In this document: one piece after another, positions 227,091 to 240,907 of the stretch
Layout: the number at the start of each line of letters is the position of its first letter
How positions within the stretch are numbered: the stretch's first letter is position 1
Assembly (NCBI RefSeq): GCF_000400465.1
Contig: NW_008806283.1
Coordinates: 20,001-268,000 of the forward strand
DNA: 248,000 nt
Reading direction: 5' to 3'
From: Wallemia ichthyophaga EXF-994
Lineage: Eukaryota; Fungi; Basidiomycota
Notes under the pieces: generated by a model
Databases searched by the model: none
Told to the model about the DNA's origin: nothing
The model's input: the letters and a program-made list of their open reading frames with translations, nothing else
Position numbers and translations under genes: made by a program

Positions 227091-227920
227091 CCTGCATAAA
227101 TTTGTGTAGTATCATTAAATTGTCTCATATACCTGAATGTCTGGGTCTGTCGAGTGTTTGGGGTGTTTGAGGTGTTGGAAATTGTGAAAATCTTCATCCT
227201 TCACGCTTCATATTCGTAAGAAGTCTGTACAGCTTTGCAGTGCCCAGCTAGCAGCACTTTCAGGAGATTTGGACGTGTTGTAAGAGCTTAAAAGCGGTTT
227301 AATGCTCAACAGTAGCAAGTATCAACTCCATACAGACTACATACACACCACACAACTGAAATACTCAATCGCAATCAACGCAACCATCGCAATGCTCGTA
227401 CTCGTCGTCACTGCATACTTCGCAGAAGCAGCCCCACTGTCGATATTGTCGACCAACCGTCAGATGGAGTAGCGCGGCTATCACGGTATGAGGAATGTGA
227501 GTGGTGTCCTGGCTAACGATGCACGCAATTTTGACAAGAGTGACGGAAAGAAGGATGGCTACGTTGATCACAACAAGCTTCATCGGTAAGGGTAGGAAGG
227601 ATGATGTTGATGATGGGGCGGATGGCGGCAACAAAGCGAGGCCTGTGCCACAGAAGCAGCAGACCGATAGCAAGAAGGGCGGCAACGACGACGCCAAAAT
227701 GAGAAAAAACTGTATGTGAATGTCTTAGTTTGCGATGAGCGCTGCTAACATTTCACGCAGCGAAGCACGATAACAAGGACTACAAAACTCAAGGCAGCAA
227801 GAAGCGCGACTGATGTGAAGACTTTGACAGTCACTGCTCGCCAGTCACATCCTCAGCCACTCAAATCAAATATGCTCGCTCACATCCACACGATACATAG
227901 ACAATTAAACTTGATAATCA

Positions 227921-229170
227921 TCACTTATTCTCAATACATGTTTTCATAGCGTCGATAATGAGCTTCTTGGTGGGCAGTTCTGTCTTAGTGTGTGCGAAAG
228001 CGAGGAGGGGCAATTTTCTCAGGAATCTACCACTGACGTCCTTCTTCTTGCAGAGAACAGCGATAGTGTTGAGAGAAGTGTTGTCGTCGATGAGGAGGTT
228101 TTTCTCAAACAACTCAGCCAGACAACTGCCCAAGATGACTTCTATAGCTTTAGTGGAGGGGTTGCCGATATACTGCTGAATGTCAGCTCTATCAACAAAA
228201 GCGTCATCAATAGCAGCTGTGATGTTAGAGGTAGCTATGATGAGAACGTTTTTCCTTTGTTTAAGTTTGTCTATCTGGGTGAGCAGGGCGTTGACGACTC
228301 TGATAGCGTCACTAGGTTCGTTACCGTTGACCGCAGCTTGGCGGGCGCCCGTAAGCGACTCGACTTCATCGATGAGCAGGGTGACAAAGACAGCGTCGTC
228401 GTCGCACAGCCTGTTGATCATCTCGAACAGCGCGTGCACGAGTTTTCCCGACTCGGAGAACCACTTGGAGAAGAGGGAGTGGGCGTTGATCTCGACGAGT
228501 CGACCTGATACATAGAGCGTGTTGAGACGTATGCTCAGTTTATGCGCAAGGGCCTGCGCCAGACTCGTCTTGCCCGTACCAGGTGGACCGTGTAGCAGAA
228601 CTATCCGGTTCCACGCAATAACTCGCGGATCAATATCGTGTGCTGAGAAACGTAGCGTTGTGTTGATGTATTGCAGCAGATTGTGCTTGATCGCCTCGTC
228701 ATACACCAGCGTATCCCACAGCCCGTCTGTCGCAGTACTGGGCAAGTCAAGGACGGAAGCTGCTTTCTCGGTGGAGAGTTGGTCGTTGTCGTGCTCATGC
228801 TCATCGTCCTCGGTTAAGTGGTGCAGATCGAGTGCGGTATCGCTATAGAGCTGGTATGCGTGTGCTTGGAAGTGAGTGTGTGGGTTTGTGTGGGTGAGTG
228901 TGTGTGTATCGTCTGTGAACCTCACCAACTCAATCTGGGTGCGTAATTCGTTGTTTAAATGTTGCAATAAGTGGGTGGATAACTGGCTGGTATTTCCGCC
229001 GCTACTTGTATCAGTGAATTTGTGTACGCTCGGTATTTCCACAGCCACTTGAAACATTCCTAACCCGCGACAAACCGCATCAGCCGCCTCGGTGAAGTCT
229101 ACGTCAGCTTCTGGCGTAAGCTGCACCTCGACTGGAGTGAATATGGGAGTGAGTGTGCTATTAGACATTC
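227921..229170 (-). CDS. PCH2: AAA+ ATPase Pch2/TRIP13
   Basis: WNRIVLLHGPPGTGKTSL, INAHSLFSKWFSESGK, LIDEVESL. Confidence 0.92.
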
Positions 229171-229602
229171 TAAACAAACTCACCGTGGCACAAGTCCATG
229201 TTGGTAGTCGTCTTGGCACTCGAATTGGATGGTGACATCTTCTTCACAACCAGTGTAGGCAAATGTAGGCGAATGTCGGATGTTATAGACACTTATTTGA
229301 CATGTATTTGCGCGGGATTGTTTACAGGCCAAGCATTCTCACCACTGTGATGAAAATATAGTCACATAAACACATATTATCACATATTATCAAATATAGA
229401 CAGCTGAAAATTGGTATCAAACATCGAGTATAACGAGTAGTGTAGGTGGGCGAGTAATTATTTATCATCTTATTGATTTTTATTTAAGAATGTTAAAATA
229501 GATCAAACGTCATCACATCTGAAGGAGGGCTGGGTTATTCATACGTTGTTGAATCAGCGAATATCGCAGCACTCATCTCGAAACACTCAAAAAGTAGAAA
229601 AA

Positions 229603-230669
229603 ATGACACTTAACCTACAAAATACATATCAAGGAGCTAGCTTCTTTGATAATTGGGTTTACAACTACTCAGCTATCGATAATACAACACAAGGGAATGT
229701 ACACTACCTCGACAAACCAAACGCAGAGAAGCAAAACTTGACCTATGTTAATGACGCAGGTAATGCTATTATGCGCGTCGACAACTTCACAGATGGCAGT
229801 GACGATCCCTCCTTCGGACGTAATAGCGTGAAGCTGGTCAGTAAAGATGCATTCGATATTGGAAGCATGGTGGTTATGGATGCATCACACCTCCCATACG
229901 GTGAAAGCGTGTGAGTGGGAGTTTTTATAGGAAATGTTTCAGTTTGCTAAAATGAGAAAAACAGCTGGGGAGCATTCTGGACACTAAACAATCTCTCAAA
230001 GCAAGATGACGACGGGGAGATTGATATCTTTGAAGGCGTTAATGGACAGGAGAGTAATAGGGTTGCGTTGCACACGCGCGAGGGATGCACCCAGTCTAAC
230101 ACCACTGACGTTGACTACACTGGCCAAGTAATGAGCACAGACTGTTACTACCGCAAGAATGGAAATGAAGGCTGCTCTTACGAATCAAAGGATAACAGGT
230201 CTTACGGTAAGCAGTTCGCGGATAATGACGGCGGTGTTATGGCTATGAGTTGGGATGGTAAGGGTATTCAAATGTGGTTTTGGAGCAGAGCAGAAATACC
230301 AGAAAGCATTAAGAACGACTACCAGATCCACATAATGGTGATTTAGGAAGTCCTATGGCGTATTATCCAGCTAGCAGCTGTAATCCAAGGGAATACTTCG
230401 AGGAACAGAATTTAGTGATGGATATTACACTCTGTGGACTTTGGGCGGGTGAGACGTATAACGCCAACCACGACGACAAGTGTGCATCATTAGTGCCAGA
230501 TCCATCAAACTACGATAACGCGTATTTCGAGATACGTAGCGTGAAGACGTTTAGTGGTGGAATTACAGAGGTGGAAGGCGCACAAGATGGGGGAAGCGAG
230601 GGAAATAAGAGTGGTATATCCCATCTACTCCTACTCGCGCTTTCTGGCTTGATTTATTTTGTATTTTAA
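229603..230669 (+). CDS. GH16 glucanase with C-terminal GPI/TM signal, multi-exon
   Basis: GEIDIFEG, GGVMAMSW, ITLCGLWAG, YFEIRSVK. Confidence 0.82.
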
Positions 230670-230784
230670 AATAAATAACTAAATTCATTCTTGATTGGTC
230701 ACCGTCATCTAGTCTGTTACGCGTGAAATGGATTCCAATTGGAGATTTGCACAGTGCTTTGGGGATAAGGTGGGCATTATAAAA

Positions 230785-232212
230785 ATGCAAGTGGATCCAT
230801 GTTTATATTTCGCAGGGAGACGTGGAGGAAGTTACAGAGGGTTCGTTGTTGTAGGCGTACACACCGACACCGACTGATTCCCCTACAGCAGATATAATAT
230901 CCACAGTGGAATTCGACCAGACAGGCGACTACCTCGCAACGGGCGACAAGGGTGGCCGCGTTGTTCTCTTTGAAAGGAATGAATCTGTGGGTTGGGTGCT
231001 CTGGCATTCCAATCACTCTAATCGCTATATTCACAGAAAAAAGGCTGCGAGTACAAATTTCATACTGAATTTCAATCCCACGAACCAGAATTTGATTATT
231101 TGAAGTCTTTGGAGATTGAGGAGAAGATTAACAAGATTAACTGGTGCAAGAGGCAGAATAATAGCCACTTCCTCTTATCCACAAATGACAAAACTATCAA
231201 GCTTTGGAAGGTATTTGAAAAATCACTCAAGGTTGTCTCAGAGAACAACCTCAGCGCCAGTCACCCTTCCCCACCCTCGTCTCTCAATCTCCCAAAGATC
231301 ACGCAGCCTCCTCATCCATCCACCACCAAGTCCCTCAGGCTACCGAGAATGTCTCATCATGACACCATCGTCGCTGCTGTTCCCCGCAAAGTCTACGCTA
231401 ATGCACACGCTTATCATATAAACTCTATCGCAATAAACAGTGACGGGGAATCTTACTTATCCGCCGACGACCTCAGAATCAACCTATGGAACTTGGGTAT
231501 CTCTGATCAGTCTTTTAACATAGTCGACATCAAACCAAACAGCATGGAAGATTTAACTGAGGTTATAACTGCTGCTGACTTCCACCCGATCCACTGCAAT
231601 CTCTTCATGTACTCTTCTAGCAAGGGTACTATCAAATTGGCCGACATGAGAGATCAGGCTTTGTGCGACCGACATGCAAAGTTGTATGAGGAGGAAGAGG
231701 ATCCTTCAAACAAATCCTTCTTCTCAGAAATAATCTCTTCCATATCTGATGTCAAGTTTTCTAAAGATGGCAGGTATATTCTCTCTAGGGATTACCTTAC
231801 ACTAAAAATATGGGATCTCAAAATGGATAACAAGCCAGTCAAAACAATCAATATCCACGACCATCTCCGCACAAAGTTATGTGAACTTTACGAAAATGAT
231901 TGCATCTTCGACAAGTTTGAGTGTACATTCTCAGGCGACGGTAATCAAGTTATGACAGGCTCTTACGACAACTACTTCCACATCTATAACAGCGATCCTG
232001 ACAACACCAACGACGTAGTCTTACAAGCAGACAAGTCTGCATTCAAGGCAAAGAAAATAGGCGCAAAGTCGTTTAATAAGAAGGATGATATCAATCTCGA
232101 CAACATCGATTTCAACAAGAAGATTCTACACGGTTCTTGGCATCCACATGAAGATACTATCGCAATCGGCGCAACTAACAACCTATTCCTATTCTCTCGA
232201 TTGTCTAGTTAG
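230785..232212 (+). CDS. CDC55: PP2A B55 regulatory subunit
   Basis: [33 protein letters not shown]. Confidence 0.95.
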
Positions 232213-232679
232213 CTGGGAGTGGATAGTGATCACAAATGTAACATTATACAATATAATGCACACGATTTCTTTATTAGTGAAAATTCATTATTTATAAAGT
232301 TTATATACATTATTGTACATGATTATACATGATTATACATGTCCGCCTCCTGATTACGTCTAATGCGACAGATTCACATAAACTTTGCCCAGTTGGCCAA
232401 ATACTATAGCTTTTCGATGTAAAAGGAATCCTACACGCTTTACCACTGAGCATAAAGGTGTAGCTGTCAAAAGCCATGGAAGTTAAGATGAGGCATGTTG
232501 TGCCTTTTTATAGGTGTAAAAATTTAAAATGGCAAAAATTCTTATGTGAGTGAAAGGGGAAATGATTTATTACGTAGGCAGAATTGGGACTCTGCTAAGC
232601 CCTTTCGTGACTTTTATACCTGGTATTGCACTCACAAATCCCCAATAACGACTTTTCCATTTCTTCCATCGATGACATC

Positions 232680-234438
232680 ATGCTGCAATCGCTGCAATCA
232701 GCGCTGAGGGGAGAAGACAAGATAAAGTGTTTCTTTTGCGGAGCAAGTGCACCACGGCGGGTAAATCACAGCAATACACCACACGCACACGCAATCTCAT
232801 TCACATGCGCCTCGTGCCACCAACACAACGCTTACGGGGAGGACGGGGAGGTCCAGGATGTATACGCGCCCGTGACAGCCGCCACGCAGCACCAGCTGCG
232901 CTACCGCGGTCGAGGGCGTGGTGTGACGGCGGATGCACACACACATGCGCACACAAACGGAGAGAGAGAGAGCGACAGCCCCCTCTGTCGTACGTGCACG
233001 ACTAACCAGACACTCGTGCACACTCTCCTCACTAACAACCAGGACGAGTGCGACGGCGATGCGCAGCTACAGCGGTATAGGCACGCGCTTGAGACCCGTT
233101 ATCCCCCGCTTTGCTCTCCTTGTAAGGCCATGGTCGATGAGATCATCCAACAGCGCGATTATAAGGCTAAATCGGCTGCTTTGGGTGGACTGCTCGCGCG
233201 TAGTCGCGGGAGTGGTAGTAGCGGTCGGAATAGCAATAACAATAGCAATAACAATAACAATAACAATAACAATAACAATAACAATAACAATAACAATAGC
233301 ACTAGCAATAACAATAGCCTCAAACACTCACGCTCCCACTCCCCCGTCGGACGTTACTCGTATCTTGTGTGGTGTCTGCGCGGTGCGGCGTGGGTGTTGA
233401 ACAATGCACTGTATTGGCGCTTGCACTGGTGTGCTTATAAGCACTGGTATGTGTGTGGGTATGGACATGCACAAGATACACTACCGCTCTCACTCCCCCT
233501 CACTCACCCCCTCGCTATCCCACTCACGCTACTGTTCGCGTGCTGGGACCCGTCGTGGGGGCGAGCGCAGAAGCGGCGACGGCGCAGCGGGTGGGTCGTA
233601 GTGCGTGGGCGGGCGATGTGGATACGCGTGCAGCTGCTCGTCTGGCTCGAGCGGGCATGTCTAGTGCTCGCACTGGCGCTGGGCCTGCAGGTTAGGAGTG
233701 AGAGTGGGGTGTCACAAGTATCGCTCAGGCAAACTAAACACCTCACTCTCCCTTTCGCCCCACTCACCCTGCTACTTTTCGAAGTCGTCGTCCAGGCTTT
233801 CGCCCTCTCGCGTATCAGCGTCGTCGGGATGCGCCAACTTAACCTGTCGTCGACGGTTGGGCGGGGAGGGAGTGAATATGCTGGAGTGGCTGCAAGCAGT
233901 ACAAAAGATACTCCGTCTACTCAGCCTACAGACGCAGCAGCAGCAGCAGATAATCTCCACCATGCCCTCACCTTGGGCAACTTGGGCACCGCGGATATGG
234001 ACACGCTCAAGTCGCAGAAGTTGCCTGTGTTTGTGGGTCATGCGCTATATTGGTGTAGCTCACCTCAATAACTTTCATTAGGGCGAGGCATCACTCCGGC
234101 CGAGGGATGAGCGTGGAGAAGGGGAAACAGAGGGAAAACAAGATAAAACAATGGATAATGATGAAATGGAATGGATACCCGAAATAGAAAGCACTAGAGA
234201 GAGTCGTCAGCACCCTCGTTATAATCACGCGCTCAAACCACAGCGGTTCTTTGCACCACAGGATAAACAGCGCACGGGATTGGAAGGGCCATTGAGTAGT
234301 GTGAGCCTGGGTGGTATGAGTGATGTTAACAGGGGTGCTGATAGGGAGAAGAACGGGATGAAGATGGGAGTCGTGGTGGGCGTGTTGTTTGGTATAATAC
234401 TGGTACTACTCGCAGCTGTGTTTGCTTATAGTAAATAA
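232680..234438 (+). CDS. Ima1/Samp1 inner nuclear membrane protein
   Basis: CFFC, CASC, PLCRTCTTNQ, RYPPLCSPC; TM segments. Confidence 0.8.
233232..233312 (+). repeat. (AATAAC)n poly-Asn tract
   Basis: Read directly. Confidence 0.9.
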
Positions 234439-234966
234439 TAAATGAATTAATTTTTTCTTTTAAATTTTCACAGGTATAAATAACACGCGTCTGACATCTG
234501 AACAACTTGATCAAAAACCATCGATGGACATTATGCCACGATTATTGGGATCAAAGGTTTCCCGGTAATTGCCACGTCCGTTCGTAGATAAACAACCAAC
234601 TTTAAAAGAATCGTGCAGCTGCGTGTCCTTTGGCATGAGTAGGTGTGTGAGCCGAGAGTTGGTGACATTAAAATACTTGAAAGAAGCTTCAAATATGCTA
234701 GGGTAAGTGCATTGCATTCTCCTTTGATGCCCAGCACATGAAGTAATATTGTGATGACAAGAATAAAAAAAACTGATTTAATGAATGCGAGTAATTTAAT
234801 ACTTTGAGCTCAATAATTCTACGTCTGATAATTATTTAATGGCTGGGCAGGAGATAGACAAAGAGATTTATCTGACTTGGGTTGCAGATGTAGAGCTTAT
234901 AAAAGACGAAAATTTTGTAAAGATAGATATTACTATGATATACAGACATCTTGATAACTACCACGA

Positions 234967-237603
234967 ATGTCCCGCCCATGGCCTCATTTACCTGTGAAAT
235001 TAGAAGCCAAGGAGGAGCCGGTGGAAAGCGCAGTTGTGGAAGAGAATGTTAACGCAGGACAGAACACAGGCACAGATTGTGAACTATGGCCACAAAACTC
235101 AACACAATCGACTAAACAAGCCATTGAGCAGAAATTAAGGGAAAGAATGGTTAAGGAGAATAAACTTATTTCACATACCCTTAGACGTCCTGATGGTATC
235201 GCTGTGGATTGGAGATATAAACAGATGGCTTTCGGTGACGGTGGTGTCATTGATTTGAGTGGCGGTGATAGCGGTGAAGAGCAGTCAATTGAGCAGCCAA
235301 TTGAACAGCCAATTGAACAGCCAATTGAACAAACAGTTGAGCAACCAACAGAGCAATCAACAGAGCAATCAACAGATCAGCCACACACTCTCACACCCAC
235401 TCAGCTCTCCCCTCACCAAGTTCACCAGGTCACTCAAGCTATCAAATACGCACAATTGCCAAATCTATCCACTAGTAACGATGATCACGTTTACAATAAT
235501 CCTAATCATAGTGTAATTGGCCCTGAAAACACTTCAAACACCGCTAGCACTTCATTTCCCACCTCACCAACTTACCCATCGAATCCAGCTAACTTTAGAC
235601 ATTCCACTTTCCAATCGGGTGAATTGGATCGTTCAAGCAGCTCTAATAATACCAACTACCGCAACAACTCCAACAACTCCCCTCAACAAAACCACACGCC
235701 TTTCCTCCCACAGCGTCCAGAGCTGCCAATCCACACTCGCCGCGCGGCGAAACCGATCAAAGTACCAACGAATCCCACTCCTCGGGCAAATAGCTATGCA
235801 GGGAATGGGAATACCAAGACAAACAGAAACACACACCCTGCACCTGCTGAACCTGCTGCACTTGCTCACAGACAGCCCTACACTGCCTTACCTCCTATCG
235901 CACCCAAGGGTCTAACCATTAATAGACAACCGCGCAGCCCCTCACCCCCTCTACCCAACGAAACTCCTTCGAAGCAATACGAGCTGCATATGATGGATAA
236001 AAGTAGGCGCGAAAACAACCATCTGCACAGCTTTCGCTCTGATAGGCAGAAAGAGTCACTCGATAGGACACACGATCAGCGCAAACGTATGCAGGATAGG
236101 GTTTGCGAGAAGGATAGGGAGAAAGACAAGGAGAAAGACAAGGAGAGATACAGATTGATTTACCGCGACAGAGAAAGAGAGATTGAGAGGGAAAGAGAAC
236201 GCGACCGCGAGAAGAGAGACAAAGATCGCCATCTTGAACTAAAGAGAGTCAAAGAGAGAGAAGAATCGACACTGCGCAAAGAGGCGGAACTCGACAGGCT
236301 CCAGGCAGAAATGCGCAAGCGGATGCAAGAGAGGGAGGAGGAAGACAAGAAGCGGCGAGAGGAAGACAAAAAGCAACAGGAAGAGAATAGAAAAAGGGAG
236401 GAGGAGGAGAAAAGCCTACTGGAGCGGGTAAAGAATGACGCGATTAAGGCGGCGACAGCAGCACCAGTAACAACAGCAACGACAACAGTACCAACAACTA
236501 AACCAAAAAGTGCACCTGAAAGAATGCCCGAACGGGTACCAGAAAGAGAGCATTCCCTGAGCGCTTCAAGTGACGCAGACTCAGAACTTAATACTTCCAG
236601 CATAGAAGAGTACAACAGGATAGATCTCAGTCAACTCGAAAAGATACCGACCAATCAACCACAGTTAGTGGTTCATTTAGGTAAAATAGCTGTGGGTGTG
236701 TCGACAATATAATCCTAGCCAACTCAACTGATTAACAGGGTATAATGAATAGTTTGAGTACAATGAAGATACCACTACCGCCCACATTTTACGACACAGT
236801 GAGACGAGTGGGAGTGATTGACAGCCACACGGAAAAGGCGTGGCGTGAGCTTGTTTATGGGAGCAAAGAGGAGTATGAAAGCATAGATTTCAACCAACTC
236901 GAACAGATACCACGGGATAAAGCGCAGTTAGTGACAAGACTGGCTAAAATAGCAGTGAGTGGGGGTAAAACGAACATGGTCACGCAGCACACCAACTAAT
237001 CGCACTCGACAGGGTCATATAGATTACTTGGGACATATGCAACCACCCTACCCGGATGACCTAACCGATACGGTGAGACGGGTGGGAGTGATTGACTCGC
237101 ACACCGAGAAGGCGTTGCGAGATTGCGGCGTTGCTCGTAGGAGCACCAGCAGGGGCGATAGCAGACGTAGCACGTCGGTTGTCCCCATTCCCAGCGTGTC
237201 GAAGAGCAGCAAGAGCAAGAAGCGCACGAGTGACGAACGCGAGCGGAAGAAGGAGAGGAAGAAGGAGAAGGAGAAAGACAGGGAAAGAGAGGAGCGCGAG
237301 GAAAAAGAGAAGGAGAAAGACGATAAAGACAAAGAAGACATTCAACCACCACCCAAGAAAAAGAAGCGGAAGAGTGAAAGTGACAGGGCAAGCAGCAGCT
237401 CACGCAAAAACAAGGGATATGGGCTGGAAGCCATGAGCCAACAGTCCAAGGACAAGGACAAGGAGAAAACGCGCCAAGCGACGCCTGAAGAGCTCGACAT
237501 TAACGCTCTCAATAAGGGTATCAGTGGGAAAGCGCAGGGGGAGATCAACGAAGATGGTGACGATTGCCTGAGGCCGTTGATAGACAAAAAGCGTCGTCGT
237601 TAG
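234967..237603 (+). CDS. Hypothetical low-complexity protein with a tandemly duplicated exon module
   Basis: ORFs 234967, 236745, 236959 joined by two similar introns. Confidence 0.55.
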
Positions 237604-237647
237604 TGAAAAATAGAGGAAAAAAAAGTTGTAACAGTACATGCATTAAT

Positions 237648-238325
237648 TTATCGAGTACAAGTAGATGTCGTGGTGGAGGGATCGCGTGTCATTCTGAGAT
237701 AAGGTTTTTTATAATCCAAATTCCCAAATGACTTTTCGGCGTCGTCGTTGGTGAGTGATGGGTGAACGATGACGCTATCGCCCTTGTTCCAATTAGCGGG
237801 GGTAGTGACGCGATAATTATCACCCAGCTGGAGACTGTCAATTGCCCTGAGTATCTCAGACCAGTTCCTGCCAGTGCTAGCCGGGTAGGTGAGCATCATT
237901 CTAATCGTCTGAGTGGGATCGATGACGAAGACTGAGCGCACTGTGAGTGGAGCACCGTGAGTGTCTACATTAGTAACATCTAGTTGGTCGAGCATATCGT
238001 ACAATCCCGCCACGTTTCTCTGCGCATCTGAGATTATCGGGAAGGGTACTTGTGTATCGTATAGCTCGTTTATGTCTCCAATCCAGCCGTGATGGGAGGC
238101 GAGGTCGTTGATGGACAAACCCAGCAATTTAACGCGTCTATCGGTGAACTCTGTGGCTATTTTAGACAAAGCACCTATTTCTGTCGTGCACACTGGCGTA
238201 TAATCGTCTGGATGGCTGAAGAGCATTGTCCAGCTGTTGCCGATGTACTCGTGCAGGTGGATACGTCCGTGGGTAGTGTCGGCTGTGAAATCGGGTGCTT
238301 TGCTGCCGAGATGGAGAGAAGGCAT
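237648..238325 (-). CDS. PRX1: 1-Cys peroxiredoxin
   Basis: FSHPDDYTPVCTTE, YPASTGRN. Confidence 0.92.
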   Translation of the reverse strand: MPSLHLGSKAPDFTADTTHGRIHLHEYIGNSWTMLFSHPDDYTPVCTTEIGALSKIATEFTDRRVKLLGLSINDLASHHGWIGDINELYDTQVPFPIISDAQRNVAGLYDMLDQLDVTNVDTHGAPLTVRSVFVIDPTQTIRMMLTYPASTGRNWSEILRAIDSLQLGDNYRVTTPANWNKGDSVIVHPSLTNDDAEKSFGNLDYKKPYLRMTRDPSTTTSTCTR

Positions 238326-238374
238326 CGTGGTGGTTGTGGTTGTTGTGGTGGTGTCTTCTTACTCGGAAACGATC

Positions 238375-238986
238375 ATGATGCTGGGAGGATTGCGAGGATT
238401 GCGGGGAGTGGCTGGTCATGCTACACCTCCCGCGCGCAGCAGAGCGTTCATCACGCTCCCCGATTTCTCCAGCACTAGCCCGCCAGCGACATACACCGAG
238501 GAGAGGCTATTGCCGTATGCGCAGCGTGATTTATGGAGGATGGTGGCGGATGTTGGCAGGTACAGCAAGTTTGTGCCGCACTGCACGCATTCCCGTGTCT
238601 TGGGTAGCGGGGAGCGGGAGCGGGAGCGGGAGTGGAAGCAGAACCAGGAACAAGACGCAAAACTCAGCACCACCACCACCGTCGAAGCAGAACTGGGCGT
238701 CGGGTTCAAGGGTTTCGAAGAGAGGTACACGAGTGTAGTGACGCTGCAGCCGTTCCACACCGTCACCGCTAGAGCTAGCTCTCAGACACCGCTGTTCAAG
238801 TCGCTCGAAACGCGCTATCGATTCACGCAGCACTCGCATACACACACCCTCCTGGCTATTGAGCTCGAATACGCCTTCAGTAACCCCCTCTACGCGGCGC
238901 TGTCATCCACCTTCTTCGACGGCGTCAGCCACGCGATGGTGAATGCGTTCGAGGAGAGGGCGCGTGTGGTTTGTGGAAGGGTGTAG
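238375..238986 (+). CDS. COQ10: Coenzyme Q-binding START protein
   Basis: VADVGRYSKFVPHC, VGFKGFEERYTS, FEERAR. Confidence 0.8.
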   Translation: MMLGGLRGLRGVAGHATPPARSRAFITLPDFSSTSPPATYTEERLLPYAQRDLWRMVADVGRYSKFVPHCTHSRVLGSGEREREREWKQNQEQDAKLSTTTTVEAELGVGFKGFEERYTSVVTLQPFHTVTARASSQTPLFKSLETRYRFTQHSHTHTLLAIELEYAFSNPLYAALSSTFFDGVSHAMVNAFEERARVVCGRV

Positions 238987-239105
238987 TGTGAGAGTGGATA
239001 GGAGAGTCATGTAAACAATGTAATGCATGCCACGCACTCATATTCATATTCATACTCATACTCACAATCCCTTCAAAATCCCTTCAAAATCCCTTCAAAA
239101 TGCCT

Positions 239106-240884
239106 TCAAAATGCCTTCAAAATCCGCTCAAATTCATCAAGATATTCGCGCACACACTCATCACCCCACTGCACACCATCCTTACCAAGACTAACGGTAA
239201 GTTGGCCACCGAGGGAGAAAGTCTCTAGGAGGAGTTCGTTAGAGCGGCAGCGGACGCCAAGTAGGGCAGATCGTGAGGGAGATTGATCGAGCATGATGAC
239301 GCCATCTGTAGCCTGGTATAGCTGCTTAACATTCATAACACCCAGCATCGACGCGTTGATAGCAGTCCCTTTACCTCGCTGTGAATGCTGTGTCTCGTCA
239401 CCCTTCTCTTTCACCGCCTTCCACCCATCACCCCCCTGTGCAAAATGAGCAGCGCGGGAGAGCGCCATGGTGTGTGCATCTTGTAAAAGAGTTGGGGATG
239501 TGAGTAGATTGACAAACTGGGTTTGAGCGGTTTGCGCGCGGTGTGCGAAACGCCTTTTAAAGGTGGGTGAATCACTTGTGCACGGCGTAGACGGTAGCTG
239601 TATCCCACCGAAACCGAGCTGGACAGATACGTTGCTCGTCGTCGCTGTGCGTCTTTGTAGATAGGGCCGCAACGAGAAGGGGAAGCCTACGAGACATGTG
239701 TCGCCCGTGTGCTGCTGCTTGTGCCGGTGGTTCACATTCGCAATAGCCATCGAGGTCGCTGCAAAGAGGAGTGGTCCTGGTGTGTGTTAGCAGGTACATA
239801 GCACTCACACTGACAGGTGAGAGGTGAGACATGTAGCATTTCACGTTGGCCACAATCATTTGTCTTCACCATCAAATTTCTCCCTGCACCCACCTATCTT
239901 TACTGCACACGCCTTGGCGAAGCGCACCACGGCGTCCGTCTGCTCGCGTGAGAGGGAGAAGTGCATCCAATCGGTCAGAGCACCCCAGGGAGGCTGAAGA
240001 GATTGTTGCTGTTGAGGAGAGTATCCACCGACGAACTCAAGGGTAGTGAGTCGATCCAACTTGTCGCTCCGCACCTGACTCACCACCCGCCTAATAGCCC
240101 AGTACCATCTGAGGCGGGGGAGGGGAGTTGTGCGTTTGGGTGCGTAGTTAGGCAGCGGCGGATAGCCCACTTCCGTCGCATCAGGGAGGGCAGATAGAAT
240201 GTCTTCCTTTGTGACCTTGAGCGGGGTGAGATCGCCGACGGTGTGGATGTGGGGAGTGAAAGAGTGAAAATTTTCCAATGTCGGGAGGTCGGCGCGAACA
240301 TTGCACTCGTCGAGAAGATCACTCGTGAGGAGACGGAGGAAGTCGTGCATGAGGCTGACGACGGAGGTGCCGTCAGAGATAGAGTGTGCAGTTGCGATTA
240401 CGAGGTCTACGTTGTTAGTGAGGGTGTTGTGGAAGATAAACAACCTGGCGAGGTGAGCGTGGTCGAGGTAACGTCTAGGGCCGTTCCAGAGGTAGTTGCG
240501 CATCCAAGTATCAACGTCAACGTCATGTTGATAAATGAGGGAGTGAGAGGAGTGAATCAGGGTGGTAAGAGGATCGCTGGAGAGATTGTCTGTGTTTAAG
240601 ACGAAGTGCAAATTTTCACCTTCCTGCACAGTGAGACTTAGGGAAGGATGAAGCTGGTGAAGTTTTGACCAGGCGGGCAGAGCGTTAAATAGAATGTCAG
240701 GGTTTGATAAAGACATGGGTAATTTAAAGAAGATATCAGTTCTGCCTTGGTGGAGCGTCGACATTTTATGAAAGAACATTTCAACGAGACCGAGTTTGCG
240801 GTGGACAGTGCAATCGCTACGGGTGTCCCAGTGTAATTGAGAGTCTTGCAAATGGGCCAAAGTGAATAAATCCGACTTGTTCAT
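239106..240884 (-). CDS. Acyltransferase/condensation-fold protein
   Basis: RKLGLVE, ATAHSISDGTS (HxxxDG motif). Confidence 0.55.
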
Positions 240885-240907
240885 TGTAAGTTATCAAGGT
240901 TACTTGA

